Shown here one piece after another: positions 27,601 through 35,536 of a stretch of DNA of 64,000 bases (positions are counted from its first letter, which is position 1; each line of letters opens with the position of its first letter). Origin of the DNA: Candidatus Aenigmatarchaeota archaeon (GTDB lineage: Archaea; Aenigmatarchaeota; Aenigmatarchaeia; CG10238-14; SCSR01); the NCBI GenBank assembly GCA_038998335.1, contig JAVZHQ010000001.1:416001-480000 (forward strand), given 5' to 3'. The position numbers and the translations under genes were made by a program. The notes under the pieces were generated by a model that saw nothing but the letters and a program-made list of their open reading frames with translations, had not been told where the DNA came from and made no database searches.

Positions 27601-27831
27601 GATAGGGCAGAAGGACATATCACAGCCACACAAAGAAGTAAGATTAGAATACTGCTAGAAGTGATAGAAGAATTAACAAATACTATAGGGAAAAACATTC
27701 CAAAAGAAGATATAATTAAGCTAGCAAAAAGCAGAGGGCTAAAAGAATTTGATATAGAGAAAATGTTAAACGAGCTTAAAAGTAATGGAACTTTATTTGA
27801 GCCTAGACCAGGAATATTGCAAAAAATGTGA
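21697..27831 (+). CDS. mcm: Replicative helicase MCM precursor with three inteins (mature protein about 669 aa)
   Basis: N-terminal zinc finger; Walker A GDPS|TAKS, GV|TAAGLTA, IDEFEK, AMEQQ|TISIAKA and RFDL. Confidence 0.97.
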   Translation: MEKENIIEKFAEFLREEYYNDLVNAVNEGKKSIYIDFSLLDKFDPELADYLLENPEEVLELAEEAIKQIDLPGEAKLRVRILNLPESREIRIRNIRSEHIGKLIAVDGIVKRASEIRPEVSEVIFSCPECGREITVIQTERTIRAPVECECGNRKGFRILKQKLYDARWIVIEEPFEIVSGERPSEIMVFLKEDLTSPKMQNKTDPGNRIKIVGILKELPKRVKGTRSRQVEIYIEANSVESIEVEWEELEITPEDEKRILELAKDPEIYDKLVRSIGPSLYGLEEVKEAIVLQLFGGEPHVQKDKSRVRGDIHILLIGDPSCLVGDERVVLGNGAIAKISSLGKEHLQKIDVPVYLAEGYKRGTAKTFHKYEFQPVIEIVTESGKSIKGTFNQPVLVKKKPGKFGKFKSEWKRLDEIKIGDEIRVINWIPCRIYKYVETGWSLKSSTKRKKIKVPKILDEKLASVLGYLLADGYVQKYRVGCAFNYEELDLLPKMKKLFEEIFGIKPRFEYHKEKNGTNVEMVFNSIELAEILQFLKNKRVPDMILSSKNSVVAAFLSWLYDGDGSVISEGRGKNGILYKAKDIELLRDIQILLLRFGIHSQIYGNNLIIRQANSIIKFANSIGFNSKKKKEKLQKLVENVEKLKRKRHNKRWERIVKIIYHPPESVYDIEVPVHHKFVANGIVCHNTAKSALMKVVSSLIPRGRYVSGKGVSIDYDDPVIYKENGLIKTDIIGRFCDKFYKQGEVGFVKVKGIEVPVFDPTTFKISWKPVTYIFRHPAEEPLLKLTLRTGREIRVTLGHSIYTLDKGEIVTKRADELKVGDFILIPSRIPPNNKIVKKIIVADLIKNHPEIKLRTLKKFPKEIKVNGELMRLIGYYIAEGSLNESGEHWKVRFDVGEKDNEIIEDIKRIVKKLFGLEVKEYKKKNSKGKALEINSKLLVLIFKEILQLGKSAKMKKIPPIVFNTSSRNQLEFIKAYLKGDYGVTTSKELTSDLQYLFLLNGVISSFLKKRIKGKIKFPDHLSFVDTIVYEVKAPKVSKLLRGIFSISRIHGYPPLKCFSSEKILNLAKSGYKRVSKSAMKILFSPYNLLLFSRLEMLKKGIDTKKLSRICKINRKSALQYLNSLVKKGIALKIGKKGEIKYFLTEKGKLLLKEIKLINSLLLSDLGFVEIKKIERVKASKRFVYDLGVENFNNFIAGFGGVICHNTAAGLTATVVRDEEFLGGWVLEAGALVMCNRSLCAIDEFEKVEKSDQIALHEAMEQQSYHPSMEILLADGRKVKIGEFVDKLFNLLKNKIVRGINCEILPLHEIYIPILTTDGQKLFVTKITQVSRHKPPEKFIKITYSNGREIIVTPEHPVFVFEDSLTTKPATKVRPGDFVPGVRQLPLITSSKNLELPSTSGRKKINFPTEMSTDFGKFLGYFISEGYSYSGSSKEIGISNTSKSIISETQNLTNTLFGINALDYSQINRTQRIISSSLFDFMLKNFPEIMQKARNKRIPSSILTAEKEILREFLKAAFEGDGSIESNAICYRTASSKLAEDYQDALLRFGIFSRIAYDKHNNSYKVYITSDSLENFVRIILRKKCKKIEKLIKTSKRKLRKHDVLPTSVGLKIRNLMKKVGLVYSGYFNQHLRFNFGITREVFDKYLKQIREKIEESKKAVEEIQDFKELRRKLNYSQEYVANLLKIKRSKINYIERGGYTKEIREKLLKLFKENVKKEIKKVEESLNQLEDLKKFRWLRVKKVDVLENKGSVKAEWVYDVTVKPTKCFISNGLVLHNTISIAKANIVATLPARTSILAGGNPKLGRFDPYLPIKEQIDVPETLLARFDLKFALRDVPNPELDAKIAEHILKARHYEEEEIKPEIEPDFIRKYVAYARKNCHPKLTREAGETIKEFFVKLREKVGGEEAPIPITLRQYEALIRLAEASAKVQLRNEVTKEDAIRAINLMKASLRQFGFDPEIGKIDIDRAEGHITATQRSKIRILLEVIEELTNTIGKNIPKEDIIKLAKSRGLKEFDIEKMLNELKSNGTLFEPRPGILQKM
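22663..23760 (+). mobile_element. Intein 1 in MCM Walker A (366 aa) with LAGLIDADG homing endonuclease
   Basis: Starts CLVGDERV, ends IVCHN|T; LGYLLADG and LSWLYDGDG. Confidence 0.95.
23836..25317 (+). mobile_element. Intein 2 in MCM (494 aa), LAGLIDADG plus winged-helix insertion
   Basis: Starts SIDYDDPV, TLGHS block B, ends VICHN|T; IGYYIAEG. Confidence 0.93.
25489..27033 (+). mobile_element. Intein 3 in MCM (515 aa), LAGLIDADG plus XRE-type HTH insertion
   Basis: Starts SYHPSMEI, VTPEHP block B, ends LVLHN|T; LGYFISEG and AAFEGDG. Confidence 0.95.
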
Positions 27832-27835
27832 TTGC

Positions 27836-28561
27836 ATGGTAAAAAGATTGCCAGCAAAAAAAGTAAGGATCTTTGACTTGGTTTATGGAAAATATTTCCC
27901 AGGAGAAAAGGAAAACATGAAAGAAAGCTATGTTATAACTCCTTTAGGTCAAAAAGTTTCAAGAGTAAATATAGTGGCAAGCGTCATCGATAAGTTTTTA
28001 AGCGAAGATGGGAACTACTCAACTATAACGATAGATGATGGTAGCGAGGCTATAAGAGTTAAAACTTTTAGAGAAAAAACAGAGTTGCTTCAAGACGTAG
28101 AAATTGGCGATCTTGTTTTAGTGGTAGGAAAAATAAAAGAGTTTAATAACGAGATTTATGTAAACGGCGAGCTAATAAGAAAAATTGATCAGCCAAACTT
28201 TGAAATTTTAAGAAAGTTGGAAATTTTAAAAGAACTTTTAGAGCAGAAGAAAGTAATAGATGAATTAAAAAATTTGAAAGAAAGGATGGAAGAAGACGAA
28301 TTCAAACAGTATGCGAAAGAAAAATACGGGCTTGAAGAGGATGCTTTAGAATTTATAATGAAAAAGCCAGAAGTAAAGGAAGATTATAAACCTAAGATAA
28401 TGAAAATAATTGAAGAGTTAGACGAAGGTGAAGGCGTAGAAATAGGGAAGATCCTTGAAATTTCAAACTTACCAGAGAATATAATAGAAAGGGAAGTAGG
28501 AGAATTGTTGGGTTCGGGAGTTATTTTTGAGCCTAGGCCTGGAATATTGAAGAAGGTGTGA
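27836..28561 (+). CDS. RPA32-like OB-fold ssDNA-binding subunit with C-terminal winged helix
   Basis: SRVNIVASV, TIDDGSEAIRVK and VVGKIKEF; start moved to MVKRLPA. Confidence 0.85.
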   Translation: MVKRLPAKKVRIFDLVYGKYFPGEKENMKESYVITPLGQKVSRVNIVASVIDKFLSEDGNYSTITIDDGSEAIRVKTFREKTELLQDVEIGDLVLVVGKIKEFNNEIYVNGELIRKIDQPNFEILRKLEILKELLEQKKVIDELKNLKERMEEDEFKQYAKEKYGLEEDALEFIMKKPEVKEDYKPKIMKIIEELDEGEGVEIGKILEISNLPENIIEREVGELLGSGVIFEPRPGILKKV

Positions 28562-28968
28562 AAATGAATTATGAAGAAATGCTTGAAAAGGCGATAAAAG
28601 AACTGCCGAAAGAAATAATAACAAAGCAAAGGTTTGAGATTCCACAAGCTGTTTGTGAAATTGTAGGGAATAAAACTGTTCTAAGAAATTTTGGAGAAAT
28701 ATTAACAACTTTGAGAAGAGATGCTAACCATTTATCAAAATTTTTGCTCAAGGAATTGGCAACTGCTGGAAGCGTTGAAAACAATACCTTAGTTTTTCAA
28801 GGAAGAATATCAAGAGAAATCATTCAAAGGAAAATAGAAGATTATATTAAAAGATTTGTTATTTGCAAAGAGTGTAAAAACCCTGACACAAAGCTTGTAA
28901 AAGAAGATAGAATAACTATAATGAAATGTGAAGCTTGTGGGGCAAGGTCTGCGGTAGAAAGTATATAA
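28558..28968 (+). CDS. eif2b: Translation initiation factor aIF-2 beta
   Basis: RFEIP, GNKTVLRNF, ELATAG and CKECKNPDT...CEACGA. Confidence 0.96.
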   Translation: MKMNYEEMLEKAIKELPKEIITKQRFEIPQAVCEIVGNKTVLRNFGEILTTLRRDANHLSKFLLKELATAGSVENNTLVFQGRISREIIQRKIEDYIKRFVICKECKNPDTKLVKEDRITIMKCEACGARSAVESI

Positions 28969-28975
28969 AAATTCT

Positions 28976-29293
28976 TTGCTTATTTCAAATATAGATGGGA
29001 AAATGTTTTGGAGTAAAGTTTTTGAAACAAAGTACGATATAGTTGTAGCTATTTGTGATGAAGAGCTTATAGATAAGGAAATAGATAAAAAACTAAAAAT
29101 TAAGGTTAACAAAAATTTTTATGGTGGAGAATTAGTTGATGAAGAAACTGCTCTCAAGCTAATGAGAAAAGCAACAATAGGAAACTTGATGGGGAAAAAA
29201 ATAGTTGAGCTTGCTGAAAAAAATGGATTTATAACAAAAGAAAACATTATCTTAATTAATGGCATTTCTCACGCGCAATTTGTTAAAATCTAG
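28976..29293 (+). CDS. DUF424 family protein
   Basis: VAICDEELI, FYGGE and ATIGNLMG; start uncertain. Confidence 0.88.
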   Translation: MLISNIDGKMFWSKVFETKYDIVVAICDEELIDKEIDKKLKIKVNKNFYGGELVDEETALKLMRKATIGNLMGKKIVELAEKNGFITKENIILINGISHAQFVKI

Positions 29294-29663
29294 AAAAGCG
29301 GAATTTTTTGTAGTCTCTACTGTTGCTATTGTAAGCATAATTTTTGTTTTGAGTAAGCACATGGGACCTCAAACCTTGGTTGATACTTCTTCTGCAGTTT
29401 TGAACGAACCTTTTATTTTTGATAATATCGTGGAAAAAGCAATAGAAACAGTGAAAATAAGTAAGAATTGTGAAGATCTTAGGTATAACCTTGATGAGTA
29501 TAAGAATTTTGTTGAAAGTTTTTATGCTAAAAAAAACATAAAAGTAAGTATAAATTATGTAATTCATTCGCCTTGCGATAATAATATTTTAAGAACAAGT
29601 TTTGATATCCAACTTATTACTTCAAACATAAGAATGAGGAAGGAATTTGAAGCTAGGAAGTAG
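29259..29663 (+). CDS. Membrane-anchored hypothetical protein, possible class III signal peptide
   Basis: RKA|EFFVV followed by a hydrophobic helix; start uncertain. Confidence 0.55.
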   Translation: MAFLTRNLLKSRKAEFFVVSTVAIVSIIFVLSKHMGPQTLVDTSSAVLNEPFIFDNIVEKAIETVKISKNCEDLRYNLDEYKNFVESFYAKKNIKVSINYVIHSPCDNNILRTSFDIQLITSNIRMRKEFEARK

Positions 29664-30810
29664 AGCTTAAAACTTTTTCCAAATTTTTACCAAAAATTAT
29701 TCTCAAATAAGGTAAAAACTCTAGCCTAATTTTTTTTGTTGAGCAATGTAAAACTTGCGAAAGTTTAAACAATAATTCTTTCTCTTCTTTTCTCATCGTT
29801 TTAGTTCCTCCAAGAATTATTAATTTCTGTGGATATTCGTACCTTGTAAATTTTCTGTACATTTCTTTTTTAGATAAAGCTACTCCTGCTGTCATTAGGT
29901 CTATCATATAGCCTCTGAACCTCCAGTTTTGGGTAAGAGTTATTCTTTGTCTAAACAAATCTGCTTTGCTCAAGGCATCAAAAGCTTTTGCTATTTCTTC
30001 TGGTTTTTCGTATTCTTTTGTTATATTGTTTTCAATCCACCAAAAAATTTCTTCAGGATCTTTGTCAACACTTGCTATTGCTAACTTTGCGGAAATGCTA
30101 GATTGAGTTTTAAAAATAATTTTTAAAGCATCAAAAATTGTTGTTTCCCTTTCTCTATAACCTAATGCTTCTAAATCTTCAAGAGTGACTTTTTTTCTCC
30201 CTGCTGCTACAACTTCCAAATCGTTTATCGCAGCTCTTAAATCACCTTCTGCTCTTTTTGCTAAATTTCTTAAAACTTCTTTTTCCACGCTTATTCCTTC
30301 TTTTTTGCATATTTCTTCTAACCTTTTCTCTATATCAAAAACGTGAATTTTTTTAAACTCAACAAGAATGCACTCTTCTCTTAAGCTTCTGAGCTTTGGG
30401 TCGTAAGGATTATTGGCTGTTAGTATACAAGGATAGTTTGATTCTTTTATTATTTTTATGATTGCACTTATTCCACCAATGTCTTCCCTTCCAGCAATAC
30501 CATCTATTTCGTCTATAAGAAAAATTTTTGATTTTTTAAACAAAGGTTTTTGAAGCATACTCCTTCCAAAAACTTCTTCTATTTGGGTTTTGCTTCGAAA
30601 ATCGCTAGCGTTCATCTCCACAAACTCTAAATTTTTTTCTTGAGCATAAGCCTGAACTAAAGCAGTTTTTCCTGTTCCAGGAGGACCATAAAAAAGCATT
30701 GCTTTGCTTCCAGGCTTCCAGTTCTTAACCCAGGCTAAAAATTTTTCCAGAGCTTCTTTTTGATTTACAAATTCCTTTAATGATTTTGGCCTGTACTTTT
30801 CACTCCACAT
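29653..30810 (-). CDS. rfcL: Replication factor C large subunit
   Basis: WSEKYRP, GPPGTGKT, EMNASD, IDEID and GDLRAAINDL. Confidence 0.95.
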   Translation of the reverse strand: MWSEKYRPKSLKEFVNQKEALEKFLAWVKNWKPGSKAMLFYGPPGTGKTALVQAYAQEKNLEFVEMNASDFRSKTQIEEVFGRSMLQKPLFKKSKIFLIDEIDGIAGREDIGGISAIIKIIKESNYPCILTANNPYDPKLRSLREECILVEFKKIHVFDIEKRLEEICKKEGISVEKEVLRNLAKRAEGDLRAAINDLEVVAAGRKKVTLEDLEALGYRERETTIFDALKIIFKTQSSISAKLAIASVDKDPEEIFWWIENNITKEYEKPEEIAKAFDALSKADLFRQRITLTQNWRFRGYMIDLMTAGVALSKKEMYRKFTRYEYPQKLIILGGTKTMRKEEKELLFKLSQVLHCSTKKIRLEFLPYLRIIFGKNLEKVLSSTS

Positions 30811-30821
30811 TTTTTAACCTT

Positions 30822-31787
30822 TTATTGTTTGCTTGCTAAGAGAAATTGAGCTAAAAGACTTTCTAACTGAATTAGCTCGTTCCCGCCCAGGCTCAATCTA
30901 AACTCATATTCTCCACATTTTTCCACTAGCTTGACTTTTAATTCTTCTGGAATATTTAAGGAATAGATTTGTCTATGAATTTCAGAAATTATGTCACCTC
31001 CGCTTAGGCCCTGTCTCAAAATTAAATCTTGCAATTTTTTTCTAGCATCCTCAAACTTTCCTTTTAAGGTTAACTCAAGCATTTCTTTAACATCCATAGG
31101 CTTAGCTCGAGAAGCAACATCATAAATAGTTTCTTCTGTAATCTTTTTGTCTATGGAAGAGGCTGCTTGCAATAAATTAGCAACTTTTCTTAAGTCACCT
31201 TCTGAGATTTCTATTAAAGCCTGAATAGCATCTTCAGTTATCTTTAATTTTTCTCCTACTGCTATTCTTTGAATGAATTTTTTTATGTCAGCATCACTTA
31301 ACAACTTGAACCTAAATACTGCAGTTCTACTTTGGATGGGCTCTATAATCTTGCTCGAATAATTACAAATTAGTATAAAACGAGTTACTGAAGTGTAGCT
31401 TTCCATAGTTCTTCTTAGAGCGTTTTGTGCGTCAGGGGTTAGAGCGTCTGCCTCATCAAGAATTATTAACTTGTAAGGTATTTCACCAATTGGTTTAATT
31501 CTTGCAAAATCTTTTATTTCTCCTCTAATAACATCTATTCCTCTTTCGTCGCTTGCATTTTTTTCTAAGATATTTTGACGCCAGTTTTTGCCGTAAAGCT
31601 CGTAAGCTATACAAAGAGCTACAGTAGTTTTTCCCGTGCCAGGAGGACCAGCAAAAAGCATGTGTGGAATGTTTTTTTCTTCTACAAAAGTCTTTACTCT
31701 TTCAACAACATGCCTTTGATTTATTACTTCACTCAATTTCTTTGGTCTGTATTTTTCAGCCCATATATTTAACTCCATAGTAACCAC
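30822..31787 (-). CDS. rfcS: Replication factor C small subunit
   Basis: WAEKYRP, GPPGTGKT, NASDERG, LDEAD and IQSR. Confidence 0.97.
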   Translation of the reverse strand: MVTMELNIWAEKYRPKKLSEVINQRHVVERVKTFVEEKNIPHMLFAGPPGTGKTTVALCIAYELYGKNWRQNILEKNASDERGIDVIRGEIKDFARIKPIGEIPYKLIILDEADALTPDAQNALRRTMESYTSVTRFILICNYSSKIIEPIQSRTAVFRFKLLSDADIKKFIQRIAVGEKLKITEDAIQALIEISEGDLRKVANLLQAASSIDKKITEETIYDVASRAKPMDVKEMLELTLKGKFEDARKKLQDLILRQGLSGGDIISEIHRQIYSLNIPEELKVKLVEKCGEYEFRLSLGGNELIQLESLLAQFLLASKQ

Positions 31788-31860
31788 TCAAATTATTGTT
31801 TATTTAAGATTTAAATATAAACTTTATAAATAAAGTTTTAAAGAATTAAAAGTAGAGAAA

Positions 31861-32952
31861 ATGAAGCCAGAGTTATTAGGTTTATCCGTTTTAATTTTAT
31901 TTCTTTTGATTCCTGTTGCTCTTTCTGCTGTAGTTGAAATAACAATAGAATACGAAGAAGTTTGTGTGATAAACGGAACTTGCGATCCAGGAGAAACTTG
32001 CTCAAATTGTTTGCAAGATTGTCCCTGTCCAGGCTCGCCAGGATGCTGCGGAAGCTCTTGCGGCTGTGGAGCAGGAGAAGTTTGTGAAAATGATGTTTGT
32101 GTAACTCCAACTCCCCCTCCCTCTGGTGGAGGACCAACACCTTGTGATCCAAGAAGAGATATAAGTTGTTGTATTCAAACATACGGCCAATGTTGCGATT
32201 GTGCAGGTCTAGGTTATTCAAACTGTTATATAGTTCCTTTTAACACTATCTATAAAGATTGTAAAGATCAGTGCATGCATGTTTGCCCTGGAGGTTGTAC
32301 ACAATTTACCGATTCTTCAAAATGTTTAAACGTAGGCTGTAAATGGTATAATAATGCTTGTCATGAAACTTTTACTGGAAGCTGTTCAGAGTTAACTGAT
32401 TATGAAAGCTGCACTAATGTTGGTTGTAAGTGGTGTGAAGGAATTTGCAAGGATGAATGTAAATTAGACTGGAACTTAACTATTTCCAAGTATCTAGAGA
32501 CTTTTGTCAATACTCCTATTAACGCTATTGTTGAGATTAAAAATATAGGAGATAAAAGTGTAACAAACGTAAAAGTAAATATTCTCAATGTTTCTTCTGA
32601 TATAGAATACCAAGTTTCTCCAAGCTCTTATTCAAGAATTTCTCCTGGTGAAACAAAAAGTTTTGTTATAACTCTTAACCCAAAGAAAGTGGGAAATTAT
32701 GAGATTAGAATTAATATAACTTCAAACGAAGTTTTTCATTTTACTGAAATTAATTTGATAGCAAATGAACCACCTTCTTTCCATCCCGAACTTTTAACCA
32801 TGATTATTTTATTATGGATTATTGCTGGCTTAACAATAATGCTTACTTTCGTTTCCTACAAGCTTTATATGAGAAGAAAAATGAAAAAAATAAAAGTTGT
32901 AGAAAAACCTAAGGAAGAACATAGGGAAGAAGAGGCTGAATACTTAGAGTAA
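31861..32952 (+). CDS. Cys-rich, Ig-like-domain, C-terminally anchored surface protein
   Basis: Signal peptide, Cys-rich repeats, KNIGD...ISPGETK Ig-like domain, TM helix and charged tail. Confidence 0.75.
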   Translation: MKPELLGLSVLILFLLIPVALSAVVEITIEYEEVCVINGTCDPGETCSNCLQDCPCPGSPGCCGSSCGCGAGEVCENDVCVTPTPPPSGGGPTPCDPRRDISCCIQTYGQCCDCAGLGYSNCYIVPFNTIYKDCKDQCMHVCPGGCTQFTDSSKCLNVGCKWYNNACHETFTGSCSELTDYESCTNVGCKWCEGICKDECKLDWNLTISKYLETFVNTPINAIVEIKNIGDKSVTNVKVNILNVSSDIEYQVSPSSYSRISPGETKSFVITLNPKKVGNYEIRINITSNEVFHFTEINLIANEPPSFHPELLTMIILLWIIAGLTIMLTFVSYKLYMRRKMKKIKVVEKPKEEHREEEAEYLE

Positions 32953-33008
32953 AGCTTTTCTAATTTTTTATATAAAAGTTAAAAGAATAAACATTAAAAG
33001 TGTTGATT

Positions 33009-34580
33009 ATGGAAAAAGTATCAGTCCCGAAAAAGGAAAATAAGAACATAGAATTTAAGGAAAAGTTAATCTCTTCTGTACACTTGAAAGAAGATAAAAA
33101 ACAACATCTAGCATCGCAAATGAAGTTTAGGCTTGAGGTAGGTGATGGAAAAGCAGTTTATATTCTTGGAGTTGATGATAAAGGAAATGCAAAAGGCTTA
33201 AGCGAGATAGAGTTTGAAGAAAGCTTAAATGTTTTGAAAGTGATAGCAAGAGAAATTAATGCTGAAATCGAGAAAGTTGAAAAATTTTTAGAAAACGGAA
33301 AAATTATCGGAAGAATTCTAATAGTAAAAAAATATGAGAGTAAAGGAAAACAACATATAACTATAGGAGTTTGCGGACATGTAGCACATGGAAAATCAAC
33401 TTTGATAGCTACTTTAATGACTGGTAAGCCAGATAAAAATGGAAAAGCTTGGCTTTACTTGAATGTTTTACCTCACGAAATTGAAAGAGGTTTATCTGCT
33501 GATTTACATTATGCTTTGTATGGTTTTGAAAAAGGAAAACCTTTACATTTGAATAATCCTTTGGACAAGAAAGAGAGAGCAAAAATTGTAGAAAAAGCTG
33601 AAAAAATAATCAGCTTTGTTGATACTGTAGGGCATGAGCCTTGGTTAAGGACTACTATTCGCGGATTAGTAGGACAAAACTTAGATTATGGAATACTCGT
33701 TATAGCTGCAGACGATGGTATAACTCACATAACAAAAGAGCATTTGGGAATAATGTTAGGAATGAATTTGCCTATAATAATTTGCTTGACAAAAGTAGAT
33801 AAAGTAGGGGAAAAAAGGATAAAGGAAGTTGAAGAGCAAATAGAAGAATTATTGAAGTATGTTGGAAGGGTTCCATTTTCGATTAAAGAAGAAAAGGATA
33901 TTGAATTAATAGTGGATAAAGTTGAAACTATAGTGCCTATAATTAAACTATCTTCTAAAACTCTTGAAGGGTTTGAATTGTTAAACAAGCTTTTATACTA
34001 TTTGCCTGAGAGGGAAAAAGAAATTAAAAAGCCTTTTCTCATGTTTATCGATAGAATATATAATGTGAGTGGAGTTGGAACCGTTGTTTCTGGAAGCATA
34101 AAACAAGGAAGGCTCAAAGCTGGTTCAGAATTGTTGCTTGGCCCTGATAGTTCGGGAAACTTTAAAAAAATAAAAGCAAAAAGTATAGAGATGCATTATT
34201 GTCCTTTGGAAGAAGCTAACGCAGGCCTAGTTGTTGGAATTGCTGTTCATGGAGTTAAACATGAAGAAGTTAAAAGAGGAATGATACTTTGTGATAAGGA
34301 AATGCAACCAAAAGCTGTAAGAAGTTTTGAGGCAGAAATCCTAGTTTTAAATCATCCTACTCGCATAGCTTCGGGTTATGAGCCTGTTGTTCATTATTAT
34401 ACTGTAGCAGAAGTAGCAAGGATTGAATGTCTAGATAAAGAATACTTAAAATCAGGAGACTCAGGAAAAGTTAGGTTTACTTTTAAGTACTCTCCCCACT
34501 TCCTTGAAGAAGGGGGAAACTTTGTTTTTAGAGAGGGGAAAACAAAGGGAATAGGTACCATTACCAAAATAATTGGCTAG
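33009..34580 (+). CDS. GTPBP1-like translational GTPase with N-terminal AlbA-like domain
   Basis: NIEFKEK, GHVAHGKST, DTVGHE, TKVD; EF-Tu-like domains II/III ending FREGKTKGIG. Confidence 0.9.
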   Translation: MEKVSVPKKENKNIEFKEKLISSVHLKEDKKQHLASQMKFRLEVGDGKAVYILGVDDKGNAKGLSEIEFEESLNVLKVIAREINAEIEKVEKFLENGKIIGRILIVKKYESKGKQHITIGVCGHVAHGKSTLIATLMTGKPDKNGKAWLYLNVLPHEIERGLSADLHYALYGFEKGKPLHLNNPLDKKERAKIVEKAEKIISFVDTVGHEPWLRTTIRGLVGQNLDYGILVIAADDGITHITKEHLGIMLGMNLPIIICLTKVDKVGEKRIKEVEEQIEELLKYVGRVPFSIKEEKDIELIVDKVETIVPIIKLSSKTLEGFELLNKLLYYLPEREKEIKKPFLMFIDRIYNVSGVGTVVSGSIKQGRLKAGSELLLGPDSSGNFKKIKAKSIEMHYCPLEEANAGLVVGIAVHGVKHEEVKRGMILCDKEMQPKAVRSFEAEILVLNHPTRIASGYEPVVHYYTVAEVARIECLDKEYLKSGDSGKVRFTFKYSPHFLEEGGNFVFREGKTKGIGTITKIIG

Positions 34581-34587
34581 GTGTGAG

Positions 34588-35526
34588 ATGAAGATAACTC
34601 TGGAAAAAGCAGCAGAAAAGCTACTTAAAGAAAATTTAAAATTGAAAAAAGGCGAAAGGGTAGTGGTCGTAACTGACAGAAAAAATTGTCAGATATTTAA
34701 AGCAATTTGTTTTGCTGTTAAGTTAAAAGGAGGTAAACTAAAAAAGATAAGATTGAAAAGAAAAAGACAGCACAGTGAACCTTTACCTTATCTGAAAAAA
34801 GTTTTTAGTGAAAGTGATGTGATAGTTGGTATTACTGACAAAAGCATTTCTCACTGTCCTGAAGTAAGAGTTGCTAGAAAGAAGTTTGGCGCTAGGGTAA
34901 TTTCTATGGTTGAAGTAGATGAAAAATTATTTTTGAAAGGTATAAAAGCGAATCAAAAAAAGATAAAAGCTATTGGAAATAAACTTGCAAGGAAATTAAG
35001 AAAATGTAAAAAAGTTAAGATTCTCACTAAGAAAGGAACTAATTTAGTGGTGAATGTTATTAAAAATGCTATAGGTATAGATGACGGCGATTCCACTAAG
35101 AAAGGAAAACTTAGCAACTTCCCTTATGGAGAAGTAACGATAGCACCAATAAATGTTGCAAAAGGAATTGTTGCTATTGATTTTTCTAGGATTGGGATCG
35201 AACCAAAAGATAATGCTCAAATAATACTTAAAAAAGGAAAAATTGTAGATTATAACGAAAAAGCCAAAAAGTTTGTTGAATTTCTTAAAAGAGTTGATGG
35301 TGAAAAAGCTTTAAGAATAGTTGAGCTGGGTTTTGGTATAAACCCTGGGCATAGAAACTTGATAGGAAAAATAATCCATGATGAAAAAATTATTGGCTCA
35401 GTTCATGTAGCTTTTGGAGGGTTTGGAAATAAAAGGAAATGTAAAATTCATGAGGATGTGATTTTGCTTAAGCCAACAGTATTTTTTGACGATAAAATGG
35501 TAATTAAAAACGGAAAAATAATTTAA
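34588..35526 (+). CDS. M29-like metalloaminopeptidase
   Basis: NFPYGEV, ELGFGINP, DEKIIGSVHVAFG and IHED. Confidence 0.8.
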   Translation: MKITLEKAAEKLLKENLKLKKGERVVVVTDRKNCQIFKAICFAVKLKGGKLKKIRLKRKRQHSEPLPYLKKVFSESDVIVGITDKSISHCPEVRVARKKFGARVISMVEVDEKLFLKGIKANQKKIKAIGNKLARKLRKCKKVKILTKKGTNLVVNVIKNAIGIDDGDSTKKGKLSNFPYGEVTIAPINVAKGIVAIDFSRIGIEPKDNAQIILKKGKIVDYNEKAKKFVEFLKRVDGEKALRIVELGFGINPGHRNLIGKIIHDEKIIGSVHVAFGGFGNKRKCKIHEDVILLKPTVFFDDKMVIKNGKII

Positions 35527-35536
35527 GGCTTTTATC

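Noticed and set aside
30822-31787. Intein in the RFC small subunit (a common host)
   Set aside because: The protein is normal length (321 aa) with contiguous motifs.
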